Virus record (IMG/VR): IMGVR_UViG_3300029305_004950 | Span: 125,430-189,429 of that record | DNA length: 64,000 bases | Reading direction: 5' to 3' (one strand) | Source: a virus | Taxonomy: Duplodnaviria; Heunggongvirae; Uroviricota; Caudoviricetes | In this document: positions 28,472-38,307 of the stretch, one piece after another | Layout of the letters: every line of letters starts with the position of its first letter | How positions within the stretch are numbered: position 1 is the stretch's first letter | Program-made: the position numbers and the translations under genes | Notes under the pieces: generated by a model | Told to the model about the DNA's origin: nothing | Database searches by the model: none | Seen by the model: the letters and a program-made list of their open reading frames with translations, nothing else

Positions 28472-29641
28472 TTGACTGATAAAGAATTGGAATTTGTAAA
28501 AAAGTTTCTAGATTTTAAAGAAGCTACTGAAAACAGTTACTACTATGATCGTTATATAACACCAAGTGATGTTATGAAGTTTTTACAACCAGATGCAAGA
28601 AGAAACTATAAAGATGCTTGTAACATACTTTCTTATGAAGATAGAATAGATTTAGCAAAAATCTATCTAGAAAGAATAGTAAGTATGACATTTAGTAACA
28701 ATTTTGGTTACTATAAAAATAGTCATAATAGTAATAAAGGTTACTATGAAACGATGTTATCCAATAGTGGAATTGACTGTTATGTTGATGTAGCTAAAAC
28801 AAATGAAGAAGGTTTTCCATTAGAGTTCAACAAGAAAAATGAGAACTTTTTCTATATCTTCTTAGATGGTCTCTATAAGTATTGGGATAAGCAGTTAGAA
28901 TACTATAAAAACAATCAACAAGAAGCTGTAGAGATTATGTTTGAATCTCAATGTAATGGTACTTGGTTTTACTATAACCATTTCAACTATAACTTCCTAA
29001 AAGTATATCTAGAATATCTGAAATCTAGAGGATTTAAGATTAACATCTTTGAGCTTTTCAATAAGAAACTCAAAAGAGTTATAAAAAGTATGGATAAAGG
29101 TTTAGCACATTATACTAAATCTTATCTATTTGAAAGTTTAGCTATAATCTTTGATTTCTATAATGCTATTCTAGATATCTATGGAGAAGATAATGAAAAA
29201 GTAATCAATAAGCTACAGAACAATCTAATCACTATTTTCAAAGATGAAATAGAAACTGAGAAATTTGGTTTCATGAATACTTTCTTATACACAAAGAGGT
29301 GGACTAACAATAGTAAGAATAGAAGTTCTGAATCAACTAGTGATGTAGTTCATTTCTGGGAGTATGTTTACAATAATGAACTAAATCCTACTTTAAAACG
29401 TATCTTCTTGAATGCAATAATTCATACTTGGAATAAGTCACCTATTCCAAAAGTAAGAAACTCAATGCAGTTACTAGTGGATTTAGCAACTTATAAATAT
29501 GATGGAAGATCAGGATTTCCATACCATAATCAAAGATTGTTCTATAATGACATAATTGCAAATGCAAACATGCTAAAGAAATCTGTTAAATCTATACTAT
29601 TTTCTAAAGCAATTCTAGAAGAAGGAGGTTTATTTCTATAA
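28472..29641 (+). CDS. hypothetical protein (389 aa) between the ATPase and VWA genes
   Basis: TTG start with AAAGGAGA RBS. Confidence 0.5.
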   Translation: MTDKELEFVKKFLDFKEATENSYYYDRYITPSDVMKFLQPDARRNYKDACNILSYEDRIDLAKIYLERIVSMTFSNNFGYYKNSHNSNKGYYETMLSNSGIDCYVDVAKTNEEGFPLEFNKKNENFFYIFLDGLYKYWDKQLEYYKNNQQEAVEIMFESQCNGTWFYYNHFNYNFLKVYLEYLKSRGFKINIFELFNKKLKRVIKSMDKGLAHYTKSYLFESLAIIFDFYNAILDIYGEDNEKVINKLQNNLITIFKDEIETEKFGFMNTFLYTKRWTNNSKNRSSESTSDVVHFWEYVYNNELNPTLKRIFLNAIIHTWNKSPIPKVRNSMQLLVDLATYKYDGRSGFPYHNQRLFYNDIIANANMLKKSVKSILFSKAILEEGGLFL

Positions 29642-31137
29642 TGGCAGCTAAAGTTAGTACTAAGAATACTAGTTTAGAAGACATGAATGTAGAAGAACTT
29701 AAGAAAAGATGCTTAGAATGTGTTAACAACAAGGATCTTAATACTGCAACAAGATACTTTAAAGAGTACATTGAATTGATCATCTTCAATCTATTGATTT
29801 CAGATCACTTCTTTGGTACTTTCATTATCCATATGCAAAGAGAAATTCGTTATGATTTCTATGCACCTGCAGGTGTAACTATCAAAAAAGGTTCTCCATT
29901 ATTGGTAATAAATCCTGCTCTACTACTAAGATATACTCATAAAGAAGTTAAAGCTATTCTAAAACATGAGGTTTATCATCTACTTCATTTCCATCTTCTA
30001 AGAAGTAAAGAGAATAACAATCGTTTTGATAGCTATATTGAGAATATCGTTATGGACGTTGCTATCAACCAGTTCATTCCAGAAATTCCTGATGAATGTG
30101 TTACGTTTGACAATTTCTGTAAACAGTTTAAACTAGATCCTTACAGAGTATCTCGTAAAGAATCTTTTGAGTATTACTTAGAACTAGTAAAGAATAGTGA
30201 TGTATACAAAAAAGATTCTGAACAGTATAAGCAAATGATGAAGGATATTCAGGATATTCTTGATCAGCTTAATGAAAGTATGGGTCAGAATGGTAATGGT
30301 TCTGGTAGTGGCTCTGGATCTGGTGATGGTAAAAATGGTAAAGCTTCTGGAAATGGTTCTGGAAATGGTGGAAAATCCATTCAGGAAATGTTAGATGAAA
30401 TTCTAGATAAGAAATATCCTATTGATCATTCTATCTGGAAAGAATCTGATAGTTCCGATGTTCAGAACATCAAGGAGATCGTTAAGCATATGGTAAATGA
30501 AGCAATCAAGAATTGTGGTAATGTACCTGGCGATCTACAAGAGCTAATCAATAAGATTAATGAACCTACTATCATTAAGTGGCAGGATGAACTAAAGAGA
30601 CTTGTTGGTTCTGTTAAGTGTCCTTATAAACTTACTCCTCTAAGAAGACCTAGAAGACAGCCTGATAGAATGGATCTTAAGGGTAAAATGTCTGATAGAA
30701 AAGTTAAAATCGCAGTTGCTATTGATACTTCTGGTTCTATGGGTGAAAGAGAACTTCAGTTTGTATTCTCTGAAATCTTTAAGATTCTAGAATTGGTTAA
30801 GTTTGAAATGACAATCATTGAATGTGATTATAACGTACAGAGAGTTTATAAGGCTAAGAACCTGCAAGAAGTTGACATGAATGTCAAGGGACGTGGAGGT
30901 ACAGCATTTACACCTGTCTTCAAATATCTTAAGGAAGAAATGCGTCAACAAGATAAACCTGACTTACTGGTTTATTTCACTGACGGATGGGGCGAGTCTT
31001 GTCTTGACGAAAAGTATCATATTAGTAGTAGTACCAAACTAATGTGGGTATTAACAGGACGTAAGAAAGATTTATCATGTTCTGGACATGGTGCTTGGAC
31101 TAATAAGATCAAAGAACTTAAGATGAACGAAAGATAA
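29641..31137 (+). CDS. VWA-domain protein with N-terminal HExxH putative metallopeptidase domain (DUF2201-like MoxR partner)
   Basis: HEVYHLLHFH motif; Gly/Ser/Asn linker; VWA MIDAS region KVKIAVAIDTSGSMG...FTDGWGES. Confidence 0.75.
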   Translation: MAAKVSTKNTSLEDMNVEELKKRCLECVNNKDLNTATRYFKEYIELIIFNLLISDHFFGTFIIHMQREIRYDFYAPAGVTIKKGSPLLVINPALLLRYTHKEVKAILKHEVYHLLHFHLLRSKENNNRFDSYIENIVMDVAINQFIPEIPDECVTFDNFCKQFKLDPYRVSRKESFEYYLELVKNSDVYKKDSEQYKQMMKDIQDILDQLNESMGQNGNGSGSGSGSGDGKNGKASGNGSGNGGKSIQEMLDEILDKKYPIDHSIWKESDSSDVQNIKEIVKHMVNEAIKNCGNVPGDLQELINKINEPTIIKWQDELKRLVGSVKCPYKLTPLRRPRRQPDRMDLKGKMSDRKVKIAVAIDTSGSMGERELQFVFSEIFKILELVKFEMTIIECDYNVQRVYKAKNLQEVDMNVKGRGGTAFTPVFKYLKEEMRQQDKPDLLVYFTDGWGESCLDEKYHISSSTKLMWVLTGRKKDLSCSGHGAWTNKIKELKMNER

Positions 31138-31149
31138 GTGTTAAATTCA

Positions 31150-31190
31150 TACTAGAGACTATAATACAACTTATAGTCTCTAGTATTTTA
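31150..31190 (+). terminator. rho-independent terminator
   Basis: ACTAGAGACTATAA-loop-TTATAGTCTCTAGT plus T's. Confidence 0.55.
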
Positions 31191-31223
31191 CATAAATCAA
31201 AAAATAAAAAGGAGACTTAAAAA

Positions 31224-32783
31224 ATGGCAATTATTATCCCTATCATTATTGGCGTAGTACTATTAGGATTAGTCATTGGTTTCATGTGTATGATTTACAA
31301 GGTAGCTGATATTGACAAGGCATTGATTATTACTGGTGGCAAAGAGCCTAAGATTAAGGTATCTGGTGGTAGTTTTGTAATTCCTATTTTTAGAAGAGCA
31401 CAGTATTTTGATCTTTGTATGCTTACTGTTAAGGCCGATAGAGATGAAATTCGTACTGTAACTTCTGTACCTATTGTTACCGACTGGACTGCTCAGATTC
31501 GTCCTGATACCTCTGATGAAGCAAATCTAAAGAAAGCAATTATGTCTTTTAAAGAACGTGGTCAGGAAGGTATTATTAATGATGTTAAACTAACTCTTAC
31601 TGGCGCTGTTCGTGATATTGTTGCATCTATGACTCCTGAAGCTGTTCTTAAAGATAAGGCTGAATTTGCTCAGAAGGTTCGTGATACTGTTGAAGATGAA
31701 ATGAGAAACATGGGTATGGAACTAGTTTCTCTAAACATTCAAGATATTTCTGATAATAATGGTTACTATGATAACATTGCAGCTCTAGATATGGAAGATA
31801 AGCGTCTATCCGCAGAAACTAAGAAGGCTCAGATTAATCAGGAAGTTCGTAAGAAGAAGGCAGAATCTGAACAAGCTGCTGCTCATTCTGAACTTGCTGC
31901 AAATCTAGCTATTGCTGAAAAGAAACGTGATAATGATCTTAAGAGAGCTGAATTTAAGGCTGAAACTGATACTGCTAATGCAAATGCTGAAATTGCTGGT
32001 AGACTTCAGACAACTAAGAGAGAACAGGAAGTTGCAGAACAGGAAGGTAGAATTCAGGTAATCCGTCAGGAACAGGCTAACTTTGCTGCTCAGAAGGAAA
32101 AGGAAGTTATCATCACTAAGGCACAGGCTGAAAAAGAAAAGAATCAGATTGCAGCTGAAGCAGTAGCTAACATCAAGAAGATTGATGCTGAAGCAAAGGT
32201 TATGGTTGCTGAAAGAGAAGCTAATGCTATTAAGATCAATGCTGATGCTAATGCAGAAAAGGTTAAGAAGGAAGGTCAGGCAACAGCTGATGTTACTAAG
32301 CTAAAGGGTATTGCTGAAGCTGAAGTAGCAAAGGAAAAGGGTCTAGCAGAAGTAGAAGTCATTAAGGAAAAGGGTCTAGCAGAAGCTGAAGCTGAGAAGG
32401 CTAAACTACTAGCTAAGGCAGAAGGTGAAAAGGCTCTAGCAGATGCTCGTGCTTCTAATGAAAAGGTTAACTTCGAAATCGAAAAGCTTAAGATTGAAGC
32501 TGAAGCTAGAGTAACTATTGCTACTAAGACTGCTGAAATTATGGCTGAGATTGGTAAGAATGCTGAATTCGTCAACATCAATGGTTCTTCTCAGGGTACT
32601 CAGAGTGGTAATGTACTAATCGATACTCTTAAAGGTATTCCTGAACTTATGAAGGTTCTTAATGTTGAGAATGAAGCTCTTAATGGTAAGGGTATTAATG
32701 ATGAAGTTAAAGGTATTGTCGAGAGTGTAACTGGTCCTGTAAAGGGATTACTTGTTGACAATTCTAACAAGTCTGATACATAA
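31224..32783 (+). CDS. SPFH/band-7 (flotillin-like) membrane protein with long Ala/Glu/Lys coiled coil
   Basis: N-terminal TM helix (IIIPIIIGVVLLGLVIGFM), band-7 core, then about 200 aa of AEKEK/AEAEA-rich coiled coil, as in flotillin/YqiK. Confidence 0.75.
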   Translation: MAIIIPIIIGVVLLGLVIGFMCMIYKVADIDKALIITGGKEPKIKVSGGSFVIPIFRRAQYFDLCMLTVKADRDEIRTVTSVPIVTDWTAQIRPDTSDEANLKKAIMSFKERGQEGIINDVKLTLTGAVRDIVASMTPEAVLKDKAEFAQKVRDTVEDEMRNMGMELVSLNIQDISDNNGYYDNIAALDMEDKRLSAETKKAQINQEVRKKKAESEQAAAHSELAANLAIAEKKRDNDLKRAEFKAETDTANANAEIAGRLQTTKREQEVAEQEGRIQVIRQEQANFAAQKEKEVIITKAQAEKEKNQIAAEAVANIKKIDAEAKVMVAEREANAIKINADANAEKVKKEGQATADVTKLKGIAEAEVAKEKGLAEVEVIKEKGLAEAEAEKAKLLAKAEGEKALADARASNEKVNFEIEKLKIEAEARVTIATKTAEIMAEIGKNAEFVNINGSSQGTQSGNVLIDTLKGIPELMKVLNVENEALNGKGINDEVKGIVESVTGPVKGLLVDNSNKSDT

Positions 32784-32791
32784 GCTTCTTA

Positions 32792-32830
32792 AAAAGAATA
32801 GACTCTATCAAAAGAGTCTATTCTTTTTTT
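32792..32830 (+). terminator. rho-independent terminator
   Basis: AAGAATAGACTCT-loop-AGAGTCTATTCTT plus T7. Confidence 0.6.
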
Positions 32831-32890
32831 GTTATTTTTCTAGACTTTAACAAATCTATAATAGAAAAACATAGAAGAAGGTGAACTAAA

Positions 32891-34078
32891 TTGGCTAGTC
32901 CTAAAGATTGTAGCAGTGTTATAGTTAAAACCAAATACTATCCAGAAATTGAAAAGAATATAGCTAAGAACAATGGTAGAGAGTTCTTAAGTTACATTCC
33001 TAGATACATTGATAGAAATCATGATAAACTATTCAATGCAGATTTCAAACATCTATCTTGGAGAGTTGACAGTATGGATGGCGAAGTTGTTTTTGATACA
33101 GTTGGAAAAAATCCAGAAGAACTAAATCGAATCATAAAGGAAACTAAACAGACTGAAGATAGCTGGGTTCTATACAATAAAGCAGAATATTGGTCTATGA
33201 TCTTCATCATTAAGTACTTCCAAGATAACAAAAAAGAAAGAGAAATGAAGATGTCCATACTTTACTTTGCATTAGCTCTATACTCTAGTGTTATTAGAAA
33301 GTGTTTTAAGTTTGAACCTAATCCAAACATAATGGAATACACTATAAACTCTTTATCTAATCGCTATGACATTAAGAAGTATGGTACTATCATCAATGTT
33401 CTACAAAAGCTATCCTATGGTTGTCATGAGACTTATAAGGATTACTTAGATGATAAGGATTTCTGTGACTTACACATTAAGGATTATCTAAACAACATGT
33501 ATGTTCGTATTAACAACTTTGTTAAGGAAATCCTTACTGTTTATATCAAAAATAAAGAAAACAAAAACTATATGAATACTGAAAGAGAAAAAACTGATGC
33601 TGAAGATTTTTATGAAACTAACAACATCTCAAATAAGATTTATCAGATGACAGAAAAAGTAGCAAATACTATCATAACTTCTAACTTGAATGTAAACATA
33701 GTAGAAATGTCTGCTAAGATGTCTAACGTTTCTATTAGCGAAGTTAGAAACGTAATCACTCGGATCTTAGAAAAAGATGACAAACGTATTAAGGAATTCA
33801 TAGCATTATTCTTACATCAGTATTTAGTAGTTGATAGACATCCAGAAGCAACATTCTCTAGTTCTAATTTCCTAGTTTATGTTAACAAGATTTATGGTAA
33901 GTCTAATACTAACGATAAAGGTGTTATTAGAATGAAGGAAATTCTAGATGAATGGTTAAAAGAAAATTCTGAAAAATACTTAAAAACTCAACGAGTTGCT
34001 AGTTTGATAGCATTTAGAAAGTCTATCATGCTTTTCTTCTGTATTGCAACTCAACAAGTTATACTGAATAAATACTAA
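32891..34078 (+). CDS. hypothetical protein
   Basis: 395-aa ORF, TTG start with GAAGGTGA RBS. Confidence 0.5.
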   Translation: MASPKDCSSVIVKTKYYPEIEKNIAKNNGREFLSYIPRYIDRNHDKLFNADFKHLSWRVDSMDGEVVFDTVGKNPEELNRIIKETKQTEDSWVLYNKAEYWSMIFIIKYFQDNKKEREMKMSILYFALALYSSVIRKCFKFEPNPNIMEYTINSLSNRYDIKKYGTIINVLQKLSYGCHETYKDYLDDKDFCDLHIKDYLNNMYVRINNFVKEILTVYIKNKENKNYMNTEREKTDAEDFYETNNISNKIYQMTEKVANTIITSNLNVNIVEMSAKMSNVSISEVRNVITRILEKDDKRIKEFIALFLHQYLVVDRHPEATFSSSNFLVYVNKIYGKSNTNDKGVIRMKEILDEWLKENSEKYLKTQRVASLIAFRKSIMLFFCIATQQVILNKY

Positions 34079-34104
34079 TTAAAATACAGGTAGGTGAAAA
34101 TACT

Positions 34105-35532
34105 TTGGAAATAATGAATGAAAATGTTCTTTTACAGGAATCTTACTTCGGTAAGGATAGTACTCTACTAGAATGTGAAGAATGTATTAAAGCGATGAAA
34201 GAAGCTATAGTAGCAGGCAAGAATCCTAACTCTATCAATGAAAAGACTACATTTGAATCTTTGATAGCTAAAAAGTTCAACTGTGAAAAAGTCTATTTAT
34301 CTATTTTAGCTGATGAAAGTGGATTGAATGCATATACTGTACCTTTCTATTATGAAAAGAATCGTAGTTATGATGATAAGTTTTTTGAACTAGTATCAGA
34401 TAATAATGGTATACGATATAAGTCTGCTACTGGTAAGACTTTATACATCTATATCAATACTTATACCATTAGAAACTATAGTGTCACTAACATCATGGGT
34501 ATTTTACTACATGAAGTTGGACATAATTTCTTCTATATGAAGGAACAGATACAAAATCGTAAGTCTAAGCTATTTACAGAGTTTGTACTATACTTAATGA
34601 GACTGTTAGATCAATACAATTATGATCCTAGATTAGTATCTGAAGTTGTAAGAGTTTTAATCAATGAAGGATTGAACTTTAAAAAAGGAATTCAAAAGTC
34701 TTCTTATGAAGAAACTAAGAAATTCCTATCTGATAAAGCTTTTGACATCATTAATGGTAGATACAAGTCTACCCATACTGGAATTGGTAAAGCTTTCTAT
34801 ACTTTAGCTACTGTTGTAGGTAAGGTTATAACTACTGCTTTTTCTTTAGTAAATACTGCAATATATACACTAATGTTCCCTCTATTAGTCAATTCTGCGG
34901 CTTATAAGAATCTAGAGAATTCAGCTAAGAAAACTCAGAACTATAATGCTGAAAAGTTCTGTGATAACTTCGCAGCTTCTTATGGTTATGCATTAGGTGT
35001 AGTTGATACTTTCAACTCTTCCTCTAACTTTACTTATTCTAAAAAAATTGCTAGTAAGATTCCTATTGTTAGAGTCTTAGATTACTATTCTGATGTCTTA
35101 TTCTATTTCGTTGCTTATATGAGTGACGAACATCCTACTCATCAGAAACGTGTAACATTTGCTTTAGAGAAATTAAAGTATGAGTTAGAAACTAACAAAA
35201 AGAACATGTCTCCTAAACAGATAGAAGAAATCCAGAATGATATCAATGATATCGAAAAGCTATTAAAGAAAACTCCTTATTTCAAGAAAGCTATAGATAA
35301 GCTATTTGCTGGTATTGATGATAGGAGAGATAAAGCTGGTTCTTTAGGTATGACTGATGAAGAAATCTATGATTTCGATAAGACTATACTAAAGGATAAA
35401 GTTACAACTATCAATAAAGAAGATTTAGGTATACTTTCTTATATGACAGAAGACTATCAAAAAGCTATAGATGACTATTTTGAATCTCCTGTGATGGAAA
35501 TGTTAAATGAATCCTGTATTCTAGAACAATGA
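34105..35532 (+). CDS. hypothetical protein with HExxH zinc-metalloprotease-like motif
   Basis: ILLHEVGHNFFYM; 475 aa. Confidence 0.5.
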   Translation: MEIMNENVLLQESYFGKDSTLLECEECIKAMKEAIVAGKNPNSINEKTTFESLIAKKFNCEKVYLSILADESGLNAYTVPFYYEKNRSYDDKFFELVSDNNGIRYKSATGKTLYIYINTYTIRNYSVTNIMGILLHEVGHNFFYMKEQIQNRKSKLFTEFVLYLMRLLDQYNYDPRLVSEVVRVLINEGLNFKKGIQKSSYEETKKFLSDKAFDIINGRYKSTHTGIGKAFYTLATVVGKVITTAFSLVNTAIYTLMFPLLVNSAAYKNLENSAKKTQNYNAEKFCDNFAASYGYALGVVDTFNSSSNFTYSKKIASKIPIVRVLDYYSDVLFYFVAYMSDEHPTHQKRVTFALEKLKYELETNKKNMSPKQIEEIQNDINDIEKLLKKTPYFKKAIDKLFAGIDDRRDKAGSLGMTDEEIYDFDKTILKDKVTTINKEDLGILSYMTEDYQKAIDDYFESPVMEMLNESCILEQ

Positions 35533-35579
35533 ATTATAGGATTCTTTAATCAAAAATAAAGAAAGGAGATTTTTAATTT

Positions 35580-36311
35580 ATGTTAAACATTACTGCTAGT
35601 AGTTCAGAAGACTTCAGTGCAATAGAAGCTGCGTTATTTGAATTTGATGAAAATGAAGTATTTTTAAAATATTTTGATGTTGCAGTACAGTCTGAAGCTG
35701 ATGTTGAAGGTATTACTGTTATCTTAAGAAATAATAAAAAGTTTAAGAAAGATCTCAATAAGAAAAAGTACATTGTTTCTATTCCTACTACTTTAACTAT
35801 AGATGCTTTTGAGTTCTTAAAGAAATATGAAACCAAAGGTAATAAGAGAGTTCCTTTCTATTCTGTAATAATTAAAGGTCATCTTTATCAGTCTGATGTA
35901 AAACTTATCTTAATTTTATGTGGATTTAATGATGACAATATTCGTATCTTAAGTGCCGATGAATATTCAACTGGTGACGGTATAATTGTTGACGGTGGTT
36001 CAATTGGTGGTAACAATGGTTCAATTGACGATGATTATGTTGACGGTGGTATAATTGGTGAGAATAATGGGAATAACGGTAGTAATAGTGGCGTTAATGG
36101 TGGTTTAATTGGCAACAATAATAACCATAAATGTCACCATACTAATCGTAAAATGCATGAAATGTATCATCCTCCCGCTCCTTTAGGTCCTCCTCCTCAT
36201 CATCATATGAGACCTGAAATGGCACCTCCTATGGATCATCACCATCATTGCAAACCTATAATAAGCTGTGAAGAAGAATCTTTCATAGTTGATACCTTAA
36301 TTGATCAATAA
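35580..36311 (+). CDS. hypothetical protein with Gly/Asn repeats and His/Pro-rich C-terminus
   Basis: GGIIGENNGNNGSNSGVNGGLIGNNNNH, then HPPAPLGPPPHHHMRPEMAPPMDHHHHC. Confidence 0.5.
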   Translation: MLNITASSSEDFSAIEAALFEFDENEVFLKYFDVAVQSEADVEGITVILRNNKKFKKDLNKKKYIVSIPTTLTIDAFEFLKKYETKGNKRVPFYSVIIKGHLYQSDVKLILILCGFNDDNIRILSADEYSTGDGIIVDGGSIGGNNGSIDDDYVDGGIIGENNGNNGSNSGVNGGLIGNNNNHKCHHTNRKMHEMYHPPAPLGPPPHHHMRPEMAPPMDHHHHCKPIISCEEESFIVDTLIDQ

Positions 36312-36321
36312 AAATACAAAA

Positions 36322-36358
36322 AGAAGAGTATAACCTAAAATAGGTTATACTCTTTTCT
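36322..36358. terminator. bidirectional terminator between convergent genes
   Basis: AAGAGTATAACCT-loop-AGGTTATACTCTT flanked by A- and T-runs. Confidence 0.55.
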
Positions 36359-37477
36359 TTATTTAGTTAGATTTATTCTATCAGTTAGTCTAGTAAACAA
36401 ATTTGGTTTTTTAGGAGTTTTCTTTTTAATCTGTAAAGGTTCTAAATAACTCATTGAAGCATAACCTTTTAGATTTTGTATATAACCCCAACCATTATTA
36501 GTTTTTTTATTGATATGAACAGTTTGTCCATTTTTTAATGTAGTTATTATATCATAGTTAGTACTAGGCCCTTTACGAATGTTTAGAACATCACCTTTGT
36601 CTACATTTGTAACTACAAATACCTTACTGCCAGTAACAGGGATTAAATCTATCTTAGGTGCTAAAGTAAGAAAATTCATAGATACCCAACCATCTAAAGA
36701 TTCTATATAACCCCAGTTATCATTAGTCTTTTTACTAATAGTTACTACTTTGCCTCTTTTTAAAGTATCAATAATATAAGAATTGGTATTAGGATTATTA
36801 CGAACATTTAAAGAAGAATTAGCAGCTACATTTACTACATAGTCTTTATTAACTAAAGTAGTTTTGATAGGTTCTTTTTCTAATTTTTCTTCATTAGAAA
36901 TTACAGTATCATCTCCATCAAAAAAACCAATAGGACGTCCGTAACCAGCAATACGATTGTAATCAAGTCTATAAGATTTTCTTTCAACTCCACCACCATT
37001 GGCTACGACACCATCATCAATACTAGTATTACCTTCTATAGTATAAACTCTATTAGAATCTACTTTATAGACAATACCTACGTGTGCCATCATACTATAA
37101 CTTAAATCAGGATATAAGAAAAAGATAATGTCACCAACTTTAGGTTCTTTAAAGATTCTATTCTTAGCCTTAAAGTTGTTATAGCCAACTATACAAGCAC
37201 AGAATAAATCACCACATAGCATTTCCTTAGCCTTTTTTACATTACCTTTGCATAATTCTACCATGATTACTGAAGTAAACATAGCACACCAAGGTTGACC
37301 CTGCCAATAAGTTTCACCTACACCAGTATATACACCATAATCTCGATTAAATCTAGTATAGTTATTATTACCTGCATTTGCTGAGAAATCTTCTAAATTT
37401 TCATTGGATAATTTTTCATGATAATTCTCATATTTCAATGCTATATTTACATAATCAATTGCTTTAATAATTCCCAT
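36359..37477 (-). CDS. endolysin: N-terminal CHAP peptidase + two C-terminal SH3b cell-wall-binding repeats
   Basis: CHAP Cys/His (QPWCAMFTS ... MMAHVGIV). Two SH3_5-like repeats (KVVTISKKTNDNWGYIESLDGWVSMNFL and QTVHINKKTNNGWGYIQNLKGYASMSYL). GGAGGA RBS. Confidence 0.85.
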   Translation of the reverse strand: MGIIKAIDYVNIALKYENYHEKLSNENLEDFSANAGNNNYTRFNRDYGVYTGVGETYWQGQPWCAMFTSVIMVELCKGNVKKAKEMLCGDLFCACIVGYNNFKAKNRIFKEPKVGDIIFFLYPDLSYSMMAHVGIVYKVDSNRVYTIEGNTSIDDGVVANGGGVERKSYRLDYNRIAGYGRPIGFFDGDDTVISNEEKLEKEPIKTTLVNKDYVVNVAANSSLNVRNNPNTNSYIIDTLKRGKVVTISKKTNDNWGYIESLDGWVSMNFLTLAPKIDLIPVTGSKVFVVTNVDKGDVLNIRKGPSTNYDIITTLKNGQTVHINKKTNNGWGYIQNLKGYASMSYLEPLQIKKKTPKKPNLFTRLTDRINLTK

Positions 37478-37497
37478 TTTTATAATTATCCTCCATT

Positions 37498-38127
37498 TTA
37501 GGTTCCATCTAAACTAATGTCATCTATATCCTCATAAATAAAGTCATCACCATAGTGTTTTTTCAATTCTGATAGCTCTTTAGATTGAGAAACTTTCATT
37601 GTAACTAAGTCTTTTTGATAAGCTCGTTTCATATATGCTTTAACACAGATACCTAACATAATAACAATACCTGCACCTACGTAAGCTACTGGTTCTAAAT
37701 TTTGCTGTAAGTGCATTTCAATACATATAAAAAGTATGAATAAGAAAGCTAGTGCAACACAAGCTATAGTAATTTTTTTAGAAAATTCCATTTTATGTTT
37801 AGCTTGTTTTTCTTCTTTAGTATTAAAGTTAGATGTTACTTTTTTTATTTCTTCACTAGTTAGTATGTTTAATAACTCTTTTTTAATACTTTCTTTGTCA
37901 TCTTCAGTAAGAACACTATTGCAAATCTTTTCTTCTTTAATAGGTTCTTCTATTGTAAATTCCTCTTCAGGTATTTCAGAATTTTCTTGATTATTTTCAG
38001 AGATAAACTGTAACTCTTCTGCTAAATCAGTATAATTTGATTTAGTTTCTTTTTCCTCTTTTACATCTTTTAAGATATTACTCATGTTTGATAATCTCTC
38101 TTTCCTAAGACGTTCTTTTTCAGTCAT
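37498..38127 (-). CDS. holin candidate (two C-terminal TM helices) immediately upstream of the endolysin
   Basis: 209 aa. Acidic cytoplasmic N-terminal region, then two TM helices (ITIACVALAFLFILFICI and AYVGAGIVIMLGICV) and a charged tail. Gene order is holin then lysin on the minus strand. Confidence 0.5.
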   Translation of the reverse strand: MTEKERLRKERLSNMSNILKDVKEEKETKSNYTDLAEELQFISENNQENSEIPEEEFTIEEPIKEEKICNSVLTEDDKESIKKELLNILTSEEIKKVTSNFNTKEEKQAKHKMEFSKKITIACVALAFLFILFICIEMHLQQNLEPVAYVGAGIVIMLGICVKAYMKRAYQKDLVTMKVSQSKELSELKKHYGDDFIYEDIDDISLDGT

Positions 38128-38307
38128 AAATAATCACTTCAACTTTCTTTTAAGAAACTTTTATATAGGCTTGATTATTGTATTGTTAAGAGTAATAATT
38201 AGGTAGAGTTTATAATAGTATAATCTTCCATTTCTTCTCATTATAAACAACAAACTATTAATGATTCTTAAAAAATAAAAAGAAAGGAAATGGAGGTTAA
38301 AATAACT

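Noticed and set aside
32276-32581. ORF 32276..32581(-)
   Set aside because: Antisense frame of the GCT/GAA-rich coiled-coil region of the SPFH gene (Ala/Ser-rich artefact).
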